A stretch of DNA of 64,000 bases from an uncultured bacterium (GTDB lineage Bacteria; Zixibacteria; MSB-5A5; CAIYYT01), in the NCBI GenBank assembly GCA_963726455.1, contig CAVSCK010000003.1, positions 576,001-640,000 of the forward strand, read 5' to 3'. This document shows, one piece after another, positions 30,917 through 39,986 of the stretch (position 1 is the first letter of the stretch; each line of letters opens with the position of its first letter). Under the pieces are notes generated by a model that saw only the letters and a list, made by a program, of their open reading frames with translations, was not told the DNA's origin and ran no database searches. Position numbers and translations under genes: made by a program.

Positions 30917-32620
30917 GTGACCAACATCGGCAGCTATGAAGATAAACTGACCAGCTTCAACTGGAGCATCGCGGAGAAGGAACTGGAATACCGCGACGGT
31001 AATTTGCTGAACATCGGCGAATACTGCACCGACCGCGTTTGTCGGATGGGTAAGAAAGACAAACTGGCGCTGATCTGGGAGAACCATTCCGGTGAAGAGC
31101 GTAAGTACACATTCAATGACATGCGTCTGCGCACCAACACGATTGCGGCTTTCCTGCAAAAGCTGGGTCTGAAGCCGGGCGACCGGATTTGCCTGTTTAT
31201 GGACAAAGTACCGGAGCTCTACTTCGGATTCCTCGGCATACTCAAGATGGGTGGAATCGCGCAACCATTGTACTCGGCGTTCGGCTCGGAGTCGCTGTTG
31301 ACCAGATTGGTGGATGCCCAAACCTCGGCAATCTTCACCCAGCGTAAACATCTCGCCAAGGTTCGCAACATCCTGGGCGAACTGCCATCGCTACAACACG
31401 TGATTGTCGTTGATGATGACGGCTCGCGCCCATTGAAAGAACGCGAACTCGCGTTTCACATGGATCAGGCGGAACTGATCGAGCATTTCGACGTTTTCCC
31501 CGCCAAAGCCGAGACGCCGTCAGTACTGCACTACACGTCTGGAACCACGGGCAAACCCAAAGGCGCTCAGCACGTGCATTACTCGCTGATTTCGCAATAC
31601 ATCACGACCAAGTATGTTCTCGATCTCAAGGATGATGACATCTACTGGTGTACTGCCGACCCGGGCTGGGTGACCGGCACGTCATACGGCATCATCGGGC
31701 CATGGGTGACCGGCACCACCCAGTGCGTGCTCGATGCCGGATTCGAGGCCAACGCCTGGTATGCATTCATCGAGAAATACAAAGTCACAGTCTGGTACTC
31801 GGCGCCGACGGCGATTCGTTCGCTGATGAAAGAAGGCGAGGAACCGGTCAAGAGACACAATCTGACATCGCTGCGCCATCTGGCATCAGTCGGTGAACCA
31901 CTCAATGCCGAGGCGGTGATTTGGTCGGAGAAAGTCTTCGGCCTGCCATTTCTGGATACCTACTGGCAGACTGAAACCGGCAGCATCATGATATCGAATT
32001 ACCCCGGCATGAGAATCAAACCCGGCTCGATGGGCAAACCGTTTCCGGGAATCACGGCGACTGTCGTTGACCTGAAAACTTTCGAGCCAATTACCCGCAA
32101 GGGTATTGTCGGACTGATCGCGATCAAACCGGGCTGGCCGTCGATGTTTCGCACCTACTGGAACAACATCGAGACCTACCGCTCGAAGTTCAAGAATGGC
32201 TGGTACATTTCCGGCGATCGCGCCTCATTGGACGAGGAAGGATATTTCTGGTTTGTCGGACGCGACGACGATGTTATCAATACTGCCGGCCATCTAGTAG
32301 GGCCATTCGAGATCGAATCGGCACTGCTGGAACACCCGGCCGTCGCTGAGTCGGCGGTGGTCGGAAAACCCGATCCGGTCAATATGGAAGTGGTCAAGGC
32401 GTTTGTCGCGCTTAAGCCCGGATTCGAGGCATCAAGAGACCTCGACCTTGACATCATGAATTTCGTGCGCAAGAAACTGTCGCCGCTGGCTATGCCGCAG
32501 GAAATCGAATTCGTCAAGTCACTTCCCAAGACACGCAGCGGCAAAATCATGCGTCGGGTGCTCCGCGCCAAGGAATGGGGCGAGGAAATCGGCGATACGT
32601 CAACATTGGAAAATGATTAG
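30917..32620 (+). CDS. acsA: AMP-forming acetate--CoA/carrier-protein ligase (AcsA-like)
   Basis: GGAGG plus GTG start; YTSGTTGKPKG, WCTADPGWVTGTSYG, DTYWQTETG, LPKTRSGKIMRR. Confidence 0.9.
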   Translation: MTNIGSYEDKLTSFNWSIAEKELEYRDGNLLNIGEYCTDRVCRMGKKDKLALIWENHSGEERKYTFNDMRLRTNTIAAFLQKLGLKPGDRICLFMDKVPELYFGFLGILKMGGIAQPLYSAFGSESLLTRLVDAQTSAIFTQRKHLAKVRNILGELPSLQHVIVVDDDGSRPLKERELAFHMDQAELIEHFDVFPAKAETPSVLHYTSGTTGKPKGAQHVHYSLISQYITTKYVLDLKDDDIYWCTADPGWVTGTSYGIIGPWVTGTTQCVLDAGFEANAWYAFIEKYKVTVWYSAPTAIRSLMKEGEEPVKRHNLTSLRHLASVGEPLNAEAVIWSEKVFGLPFLDTYWQTETGSIMISNYPGMRIKPGSMGKPFPGITATVVDLKTFEPITRKGIVGLIAIKPGWPSMFRTYWNNIETYRSKFKNGWYISGDRASLDEEGYFWFVGRDDDVINTAGHLVGPFEIESALLEHPAVAESAVVGKPDPVNMEVVKAFVALKPGFEASRDLDLDIMNFVRKKLSPLAMPQEIEFVKSLPKTRSGKIMRRVLRAKEWGEEIGDTSTLEND

Positions 32621-32713
32621 TCTGTAATTTCGTGTGATTCCCGTCGCATTGGGAATTGCTTTCGCTGTTCGGATTTCTTACACTCCGGCAGGTAAAATGA
32701 CAAGGAGACAAGC

Positions 32714-32965
32714 ATGGCAGATCTGAGAGATGTGATTCTTACTTACGTCAAGAACGAATATGTCGAGGAAGGCGATGATCTGGAGATCACTTACACCACG
32801 CCACTGATTTCGGGCGGGATCGTTGACTCGTTTTCGATGGTGTCACTCAAGCGCTTCCTCGAAAACAAATACAATATCCAGATACCGGATGCCAAGGCCA
32901 CGCCGAAGGCATTTGACTCGATAAACAACATTATCCAACTGTTGAAGGAATTCAACATTCAGTAG
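32714..32965 (+). CDS. Acyl carrier protein
   Basis: 83 aa, acidic N-half; GIVDSFSMV phosphopantetheinylation motif; ...LENKYNIQIPD...FDSI. Confidence 0.88.
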   Translation: MADLRDVILTYVKNEYVEEGDDLEITYTTPLISGGIVDSFSMVSLKRFLENKYNIQIPDAKATPKAFDSINNIIQLLKEFNIQ

Positions 32966-32973
32966 GATCAACT

Positions 32974-34221
32974 ATGTCATTTCAAGAGACCGTTCGGGAT
33001 ATCTATAAACAGGAACTCAACACGCTGCGTTCGGGCGGCATCTTCAAGGAAGAGCGCATCATCTGTGCGCCGCAGGGCTCCGAAATCGAAGTCGAGTTCC
33101 CAATAGGGGCTGCCAAGAAGAAGGTCATCAACATGTGTGCCAATAATTACCTCGGGTTGTCGTCTCATCCCGATGTAATTGCCGCCGCGCGTGAAGGGCT
33201 CGATCGTCGCGGCTACGGCATGTCATCGGTGAGATTCATTTGCGGCACCCAGGACATCCACAAACAACTTGAGCAGAAACTCACCGAGTTTCTCGGCACT
33301 GAGGACACGATTCTATTTCCGTCCTGCATGGATGCCAACGCCGGTGTGTTCGAGGCCGTACTGACCGATCAGGACGTTATGATCGCTGACCGACTGGTGC
33401 ATGCCTCCATCGTTGACGGCATGCGTCTCTGCAAAGCTCAACAGGATACCTTCAAGCACTCCGATATGGGACACCTCGAGGAGAAACTGCAACTTCATCA
33501 AAGTGCCCGGCTACGACTAGTCATCACTGACGGATCGTTCTCGATGGACGGTGATCTGGCACGGCTGGATAAGATCGTGGAGTTGGCGGAAAAGTACAAT
33601 TCAATGGTGTTTGTCGATGACTCTCATGCCAGCGGCTTTATCGGCAAGACCGGTCGTGGCACGCACGAACACTTTGGCGTCGTCGGTAAGATCGATATTA
33701 TCACGACCACGCTGGGCAAGGCGCTGGGCGGTGCTTCGGGCGGCTGCGTATCAGGCCGTCGCGAATTGGTGGAAATGTGCCGCCAAAAAGCCAGACCTTA
33801 TTTGTTTTCCAACACAATTCCGCCCGTTGTTGTTTCCGGTGCGCTACGAGTTTTGGAAATCATCAGCGCTACCACGGAACGCCGCGACAAACTCGAACGC
33901 AATACCGAGTTTTGGCGCAAGGGTCTGACTGAAGCCGGCTTCATTATCAAAGAAGGCGAGACGCCGATCGTGCCGGTGATGTTGTTCAATGCCAAGTTGT
34001 CTCAGGACGTCGCGAAGGATTTGTACGACGAAGGCATCTACGCCGTCGGTTTCTTCTTCCCGGTCGTTCCCAAAGGACAAGCGCGAATCCGCACGCAGCT
34101 CTCCGCAGCACACGAGATGCATCATCTGGAAAAAGCGCTGGCGGCATTCATCAAAGTCGGCAAGAAATACGGCATCTTGCACAAGTCGAAACAGGAAATC
34201 ATCGACACCTTTGGAATGTGA
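32974..34221 (+). CDS. kbl: 2-amino-3-ketobutyrate CoA ligase (glycine C-acetyltransferase)
   Basis: CANNYLGLSSHP, SSVRFICGTQDIH, DDSHASG, TLGKALGG (PLP Lys), RQKARPYLFSN, PVVPKGQARIRTQLSAAH. Confidence 0.92.
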   Translation: MSFQETVRDIYKQELNTLRSGGIFKEERIICAPQGSEIEVEFPIGAAKKKVINMCANNYLGLSSHPDVIAAAREGLDRRGYGMSSVRFICGTQDIHKQLEQKLTEFLGTEDTILFPSCMDANAGVFEAVLTDQDVMIADRLVHASIVDGMRLCKAQQDTFKHSDMGHLEEKLQLHQSARLRLVITDGSFSMDGDLARLDKIVELAEKYNSMVFVDDSHASGFIGKTGRGTHEHFGVVGKIDIITTTLGKALGGASGGCVSGRRELVEMCRQKARPYLFSNTIPPVVVSGALRVLEIISATTERRDKLERNTEFWRKGLTEAGFIIKEGETPIVPVMLFNAKLSQDVAKDLYDEGIYAVGFFFPVVPKGQARIRTQLSAAHEMHHLEKALAAFIKVGKKYGILHKSKQEIIDTFGM

Positions 34222-34249
34222 TCCTCAGTACACGGTCGGCAAGTGATTG

Positions 34250-34282
34250 AGGGGCGACTTATTTCGTCGCCCCTTTGATTTT
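34250..34282 (+). terminator. Terminator of the acs-acp-kbl operon, overlapping the convergent stop codon
   Basis: AGGGGCGAC-loop-GTCGCCCCT-TTGATTTT. Confidence 0.65.
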
Positions 34283-35143
34283 GTCCGATGATTCCTCCGA
34301 AGCAAGGTCCACTTGCGTCTTTCCTTTGACAAACCGTGACAGCAACGCTACGATCAAGAGGATTCCGATCAGCGAGGCGATGATCATTGGGCCGGTCGGC
34401 CTGTCGAAAGTGACCGACAGCACTAAACCTATAAGTGCTGCCGGCATGGCCAGCGCCCAGCCAAGCACGAGCCGCCAGAATTTGGACCGCGTTACCAGCA
34501 ACGCACTCACCGGTGGTATCACAAGTAACGAAAACACCAGCAAGACTCCGGCGACGTGCACGGACGATGTTACCACCATGCCGAAGCTGGCGTAGAAGAG
34601 GAAATCCCACAACAGCACTTTGGTTCCTTGCGCAATTGCGCGCGATCGGTCTTCGGAAATCATAAAGAACTGGCGGCGGAACAGGTAATGAAACAGACCG
34701 ATTCCCGAATAGAGCAATGCGATGACAACTAACTCGCGGGGTGAGCAAGTCAACAGCGACCCGGCCAGCATGTGCTCCAATTCCTCCATGCCCTGTGGCA
34801 ACCCGGCGAGCAAGATTACAGCCAGCGCAGAGAATCCTGCGTAGACAATTCCGATGAAGGCCTCCTGGGGGACGCGATTATCCCTGGTTCGCGAGAGCGA
34901 AATGATCAACGCCGCAAGCAACGTAAACGCAAGCGAGACGAAATACTCACTTCCCGTGTGGGGTTGGATCCCCAGTATGATCGCCACCACTGATCCAAAT
35001 GCGGCAGCCTGTGCCAGCGACAGATCAACGAAAATCACACCCCGGCTCACGACATGAAATCCGAGATAGGCGTGAATGCCTGCCAGGATCAGTCCAGCGA
35101 CTGCCGCCAATAAGACAAATGGCTCAAGAAACGTGTGCATCAT
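34259..35143 (-). CDS. Metal ABC-3 type permease (ZnuB/MntB-like)
   Basis: Multi-TM; HVVSRGVIFVDLSLAQ, GVLLVFSLLVIPP, DRPTGPMII; ATGA overlap with the SBP stop. Confidence 0.85.
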   Translation of the reverse strand: MMHTFLEPFVLLAAVAGLILAGIHAYLGFHVVSRGVIFVDLSLAQAAAFGSVVAIILGIQPHTGSEYFVSLAFTLLAALIISLSRTRDNRVPQEAFIGIVYAGFSALAVILLAGLPQGMEELEHMLAGSLLTCSPRELVVIALLYSGIGLFHYLFRRQFFMISEDRSRAIAQGTKVLLWDFLFYASFGMVVTSSVHVAGVLLVFSLLVIPPVSALLVTRSKFWRLVLGWALAMPAALIGLVLSVTFDRPTGPMIIASLIGILLIVALLSRFVKGKTQVDLASEESSDKIKGATK

Positions 35144-36030
35144 GGGGTCGCCTGGCCTTCGCTGAGGGTCTTGAGAATTACATCGAACAGAGCAAAGTAG
35201 TCTGTCGCCTCGGGTACTCCGCCGACGGATGGAGGAAGTATCACGACCTTCGCCCCCGTTTCGCGCGCGATCGTGTTGGGTGCACGGTCGGAAAAATAGG
35301 GTTCGCGACAAATGAGCTTGATATTTCGCTTCTTGACGAGATCGATGATATCAGCCGTATGTGACGGCGACGGTTCGATACCCGGCTTCGGTTCAACAAA
35401 GCCGTCGACCTTGATCCCAAAAGCATCGGCAAAGTAGGGCCAGCTCTCATGATAAGTTATGATTTCGAGACCCTGCAATGTGGCGGCTGCCGTCTTCCAC
35501 GCGGCCAGTTTTTCGGCCAGCTTCTTTCCAAATACCTCGCGATTCTTGCGATAGGTGTCCGCATTCTGAGGATCGACAGTCACCAGGCCGTCGAGAATAT
35601 TGTCGGCAATGATCAGGCCGTTGGAGGGATTGAGCCAGTAATGCGGGTTGCCCTGGGGATGAACATCACCCATAGACGCATTAACAGTCTGAGTCGGTCT
35701 TTCCAAGACATCGATGTTCTTGGAACAGTCGACGACGACCAATTTGCCGTTGCGCGATCCGTCAATAATCGGCGCGGCCCAGCTATCTAGTTCCAATCCC
35801 ACTTTCAAATACAAATCTGCTCTGCTGACTTTGAGCATATAACTGGGCAATACTTCGACAGAGTGGGGATTTGCCGTGCCGCGATTGAGAGATTCCACCT
35901 TCACCAAATCGTCGCCGATCATTTCCGCAATAGAAGCAAGATCGGAAGTGGAAGTCACGATCATGATCTTTCCTAAAGCGGATGCCGCGCAGCAAAGCAC
36001 CAGGGTCAGCAACAGTATTACGTTCTTCAT
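35140..36030 (-). CDS. Metal (Zn/Mn) ABC substrate-binding protein (ZnuA-like)
   Basis: NPHSVE, DVHPQGNPHYWL, YHESWPYF, EPKPGIEPSPSH. Confidence 0.9.
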   Translation of the reverse strand: MKNVILLLTLVLCCAASALGKIMIVTSTSDLASIAEMIGDDLVKVESLNRGTANPHSVEVLPSYMLKVSRADLYLKVGLELDSWAAPIIDGSRNGKLVVVDCSKNIDVLERPTQTVNASMGDVHPQGNPHYWLNPSNGLIIADNILDGLVTVDPQNADTYRKNREVFGKKLAEKLAAWKTAAATLQGLEIITYHESWPYFADAFGIKVDGFVEPKPGIEPSPSHTADIIDLVKKRNIKLICREPYFSDRAPNTIARETGAKVVILPPSVGGVPEATDYFALFDVILKTLSEGQATP

Positions 36031-36038
36031 GGCTCCTC

Positions 36039-37211
36039 CTAAAACTGATGTGGCTTGTGCGGACCCATACTGAATATAACCTGCAGCCCCACCAGAAATT
36101 GCGATTTCTTGGAAGTCTCGTTCGGGTTCGCCAGCAACGATGAATCGTGAATATTGAATTTCATATAACGTCCATATAATCGGATCAGGGTTGTTTCTTC
36201 GACTAAGGCGAATCCGGCAAACCCCGTTAGTGCGAGCGTGGAGTTCTTATTGTCGAATCTGCCGAGCGGTGTGTTGTTGCCGACTGATGGACCGGTGTCG
36301 TAGGTGTCACCCGCTTCGTAGTCAAAGACACCCGGCGCGTAATCAATCATTCCTCCGGCGTTGTAACGTTTCAGGAAACGCCAGTCAACATATCCGTAAC
36401 CGCCATGATTGCTGACCGATCCTGTTCCCGCGCTGTTGAGAATGTCACGCCTGTTCCAGAGCCACTCTCCCTGGACCACGACAGCCGTGTAGTCACTTGG
36501 GCGGTACTTATACTTGAAGTCGATATTAACCATCGTGGCATTGAGACTATGTCCGCCGGAAAGCGGCGAGTTGCTTCCGAGATAGATCCCTCTAAGTCCG
36601 CTTACGCCGACGTCCACATTGCCGAATTCGCCCACCGGCAGAAAGGCGTTGAGGCGTCCGACCGCGATCGGTCTTTGGGTTCCCCGATCCAAACCGTCGA
36701 ATTCGAGCGACTTTCCGCTCAAGACATTCAACGATAGCTTCGAGTAGAAACCCACGGGCAGCAATGTGCTCAGATCGAAGCCGACATCGTTGAGACCGTC
36801 GGCCCCGATCAACATGCGATAAACCAGCGGTCGATCAACGAATGACCAAGCATGAGGATGCTCCTGATTCAGCTTGCCAAAGTCCACAAGATATTTCCCC
36901 ACTTTGATATTCAAGTTCCACGGCAGCCCGCGAACAATGGTGGCGCTGGCCTCCTCGATTTCGAAATTATCGCCGCTGCTGGTGACGATGGCGTTGCCGA
37001 CGGCAAACGGATTGAGATAACCTTGAATGGCGATCTCAAGTTCTTCGAAAGCGAGATTTAGGTTATTTCTCTTCGCCGAACTGTCTATGTTTTGAGTAAA
37101 AGCTCGGAAATCGCCTATCGCGCTCAAATCGGCGGGAGCGAGCGCTAGAGCTGACCCGCTAGTTACCATAATCGCGAGCAGACAGAAAGCTAGGAAGAAT
37201 CGCAGCTTCAT
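36039..37211 (-). CDS. Outer-membrane beta-barrel of a metal-uptake operon
   Basis: Signal peptide; FGKLNQEHPHAW; C-terminal GPHKPHQF. Confidence 0.75.
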   Translation of the reverse strand: MKLRFFLAFCLLAIMVTSGSALALAPADLSAIGDFRAFTQNIDSSAKRNNLNLAFEELEIAIQGYLNPFAVGNAIVTSSGDNFEIEEASATIVRGLPWNLNIKVGKYLVDFGKLNQEHPHAWSFVDRPLVYRMLIGADGLNDVGFDLSTLLPVGFYSKLSLNVLSGKSLEFDGLDRGTQRPIAVGRLNAFLPVGEFGNVDVGVSGLRGIYLGSNSPLSGGHSLNATMVNIDFKYKYRPSDYTAVVVQGEWLWNRRDILNSAGTGSVSNHGGYGYVDWRFLKRYNAGGMIDYAPGVFDYEAGDTYDTGPSVGNNTPLGRFDNKNSTLALTGFAGFALVEETTLIRLYGRYMKFNIHDSSLLANPNETSKKSQFLVGLQVIFSMGPHKPHQF

Positions 37212-37324
37212 TGCCAGCCTCCTTGTTTAAGTCAGTTTTTCGAACGCAATCGCGATCGGTTGCTACCTCTTGATGTGCGAGGTTGAAACTCACGCGACGG
37301 CGCGTCAGCAATTTGAGAACAAAG

Positions 37325-37630
37325 TCAAGTAAGCAGCCAATTAGGTGGCGAGCGGGAGTTGCGATGCTGAACAGTATCGATCTCGGGGGCAATATCGGCC
37401 CACGCTATAGCAAAACCGACGGCGACCATAGGCTCAGGCGCTGTCGCCGGCGCGATCGGCAGATTGACGAATCCAGAGTGGCAGAGGTTGCAATGGTCGG
37501 AATCATCGTGATGCACAGACAAGTGAACGAGTAACGCGACGCAAGTGACGAACAGAATGCTGACCGCAAACATTGTCCAGGAATTGCCATGCTTCCGAAA
37601 TCGTCGCATCAGATCAGTACCCTTTGACAC
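37325..37630 (-). CDS. Small membrane protein with His/Cys metal motif (DUF2946-like)
   Basis: TM helix then HHDDSDHCNLCH and C-terminal RSPP. Confidence 0.65.
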   Translation of the reverse strand: MSKGTDLMRRFRKHGNSWTMFAVSILFVTCVALLVHLSVHHDDSDHCNLCHSGFVNLPIAPATAPEPMVAVGFAIAWADIAPEIDTVQHRNSRSPPNWLLT

Positions 37631-37747
37631 AAGGTTCCAGTCATTGCCAAGATCGAGTCAGCAGGCCGGTGACGTCCGGTCGCCGGCGATCCTGCTCATC
37701 TATTGATACGCAAGTTATGCCGACGTTAACACATGCTGCTGATCAAA

Positions 37748-37777
37748 TGGGCTGCCGGCGACAAAGCCGGTAGCCCA
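37748..37777 (-). terminator. Hairpin downstream of 37807..38586
   Basis: TGGGCTGCCGGC-gacaaa-GCCGGTAGCCCA. Confidence 0.55.
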
Positions 37778-37806
37778 AAATGAATCGGATAATTGAACTC
37801 GGCCGG

Positions 37807-38586
37807 CTATTGTCCGCCACCTCCGGGACCACCTTGGCCACCACCCTGGCCACCACCCATTCTTCCCATCATGGCTTTCAGTGAATCAATCGGCAGTGCG
37901 TTCTTGGGCATAACAAAAATCGAGTCTGGAATCGCCGGGTTCACCAGAATGGTGTCGATAGTTGCCATCGCCGACTGCGACGCCGCCGAGATATTGATCT
38001 TATGCGGCATCATCAGGCCGCCTTCTTTTCTGTAGTCAGATAATGAAATTGTCGTCTCCCCTGATTTCTGTTTGATAACGTAGTAAGTGGTGGCGTCGAA
38101 GAAGAAGACGGTCGTGTCGTTGGCAGCACTTACAAATTCCAGCTTGTATGCCTTGGCTCCCTTCACGAGATCTTCACCAAGATACTTCACCTTGGCCCCG
38201 GACTTCTTGTAATTGACCAGGGGGAACCGGTCGGCCTGGCTCAAGGTCTGCGCCTTGTCTTCTCCGGTAAGATAATAGGTACCCATCGGCAGCTTAAACC
38301 AGGCATCCGTGCCGTTGGTCCCGATGGACTGCATAGGCATTCCGCCCATCAGCATTTCGGTGTAGCTCTTGTTGGGCATCACGTACTGGATCTTCATATC
38401 CATCGTCATTTGGCCGGTAATCGTGCTTCCCTTAAGAATCAGGGACTTCAGGGAGGCGAAACTCTGTTCACCTCCGCTTGCCGCAATGTACTTGCCGATC
38501 AAGTCATCGGCAGTCATTTCGGCACCGATTAGAGGTGCAGCCAGTCCAAACAATAGTGTTGCTGCTAGAATAAGTCGTCTAATCAT
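37807..38586 (-). CDS. LolA-like outer-membrane lipoprotein-sorting family protein
   Basis: Signal peptide; YIAASGG; YLGEDLVKGAKAYKLE; DYRKEGGLMMPHKI; Gly-rich tail. Confidence 0.7.
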   Translation of the reverse strand: MIRRLILAATLLFGLAAPLIGAEMTADDLIGKYIAASGGEQSFASLKSLILKGSTITGQMTMDMKIQYVMPNKSYTEMLMGGMPMQSIGTNGTDAWFKLPMGTYYLTGEDKAQTLSQADRFPLVNYKKSGAKVKYLGEDLVKGAKAYKLEFVSAANDTTVFFFDATTYYVIKQKSGETTISLSDYRKEGGLMMPHKINISAASQSAMATIDTILVNPAIPDSIFVMPKNALPIDSLKAMMGRMGGGQGGGQGGPGGGGQ

Positions 38587-38777
38587 TGGTTTCTCCTTGA
38601 GTAAAAAGTGACTCCATCTGCGTGGGCTCAATAACGAACATTTTCCGAACCGACGCAACAGTTTTGGGTCTGTAAGCGCCTTGTTTTTGTTGCTTTAGTT
38701 TTACACTTGACTCATAATCCTGACTAAGAGAAAAGCAGCCGAAGAGGGGCTGCACCGACTTAACAACCGGAGGAATT

Positions 38778-39368
38778 ATGAAATTGAGGATCTTCCTGCT
38801 GACTCTGCTTGCGGCGATGTTCTTGATCCATCCGCTGGCGCAAGGGTTTCGCTTTTCCGTCGGCGCATTCGGGGGAATGAATTTGCCGATTGCGCAATCG
38901 GACACGAAGTCCGGAACCGCGATGGGACTCAAGGCGCGAATACCCATCATGACTTTTATCGCCGTAGAACCAAATTACACCTACCTGAAGAACGGCGACG
39001 GCCAGGTAAGTGTCGAGGACGGCTGGAACACCACCATGAAGCGCGAAGGCGGCAAATTCACTTCCTTTGGAATTGACCTTGCCATCGGCGGCGTGTCCGG
39101 TTTCAAGGGATTCAACGCTTACGCCCTGCTCGGAATTGCTTCAGCGAAATACGCCAAGAAAGGGCTGCCGGATATGACCAAGGGTTCCTACTGGCTCGGC
39201 GTCGGCTTTGAATATGGCATCACGGATTTCCTTTCCGCCGAAGTTCGCGCAAAGGGTTTGATCTTCCCTTATAAGGATGACGCCTACAGCAAAGGAGACA
39301 CCGGCTCGCGTAAGAACGGAGTGATCAGTCTCGGCCTGAACTACTTTTTCACGGTAGGGGAGAAATAA
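38778..39368 (+). CDS. Small outer-membrane beta-barrel protein
   Basis: Signal peptide; alternating strands; LGVGFEYG; ISLGLNYFF end. Confidence 0.8.
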   Translation: MKLRIFLLTLLAAMFLIHPLAQGFRFSVGAFGGMNLPIAQSDTKSGTAMGLKARIPIMTFIAVEPNYTYLKNGDGQVSVEDGWNTTMKREGGKFTSFGIDLAIGGVSGFKGFNAYALLGIASAKYAKKGLPDMTKGSYWLGVGFEYGITDFLSAEVRAKGLIFPYKDDAYSKGDTGSRKNGVISLGLNYFFTVGEK

Positions 39369-39371
39369 GCC

Positions 39372-39911
39372 ATGAAGAAGACATCAATTATCGCTCTCAA
39401 GGTAGGCCTGGGCATCCTGGCGCTGCTATTTACGCTCGGCAACAACTGCATCACGTCCGGCAACGTGGTTGTCGTGATGGATCTGGATCCCGTCAACGGA
39501 CAGACCGAGCAGCATTTCAATCCCGTGTCGGTCGATCTCAAGACCAATTCTGACTGGAACGATCATAAGGAACAGCTTAATAGCGTTGACGACATCGGCT
39601 TTGCCTGCAAGATCACGAATAATACCTCGTCGGTAGCGACCGGGCAGGTCTGGATTTCTGAGAAGAGCTACACCACGCCGGCGGACGTGCAGGAACATGC
39701 GGTCAAGATACTCGATGGAATCGTCGTACCCGCAGACGGAATCAAGACTGTCAATTGGGGCGAATCGGCAGGGTATCTCTCCAATTTCAACCTGGCCAAG
39801 GCGATTGTCTACGGTGAAGTCTTCTACCTGTATTTCATGGCCGAAAACGTGCCGTTCGACATCAACGTAACAGACATCGTGCTGTTCTTATCGATCAACG
39901 GCAAGCCATAA
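39372..39911 (+). CDS. Hypothetical lipoprotein
   Basis: Hydrophobic N-terminus ending LGNNC; 3 nt after the OMP gene. Confidence 0.65.
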   Translation: MKKTSIIALKVGLGILALLFTLGNNCITSGNVVVVMDLDPVNGQTEQHFNPVSVDLKTNSDWNDHKEQLNSVDDIGFACKITNNTSSVATGQVWISEKSYTTPADVQEHAVKILDGIVVPADGIKTVNWGESAGYLSNFNLAKAIVYGEVFYLYFMAENVPFDINVTDIVLFLSINGKP

Positions 39912-39933
39912 GAATTTCCCGCAGCAAAAGAAT

Positions 39934-39965
39934 AAGGGTGACTGGACTCAGTCACCCTTTGTTTT
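39934..39965. terminator. Bidirectional terminator
   Basis: AAGGGTGACTG-gact-CAGTCACCCTT flanked by A- and T-rich tracts. Confidence 0.75.
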
Positions 39966-39986
39966 ATCTGCCCATCGAATAGAGTC

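Noticed and set aside
32974-34221. Serine palmitoyltransferase or BioF assignment
   Set aside because: SVRFICGTQ, RQKARPYLFSN and ARIRTQLSAAH are Kbl signatures, and the partner ligase has a short-chain pocket.
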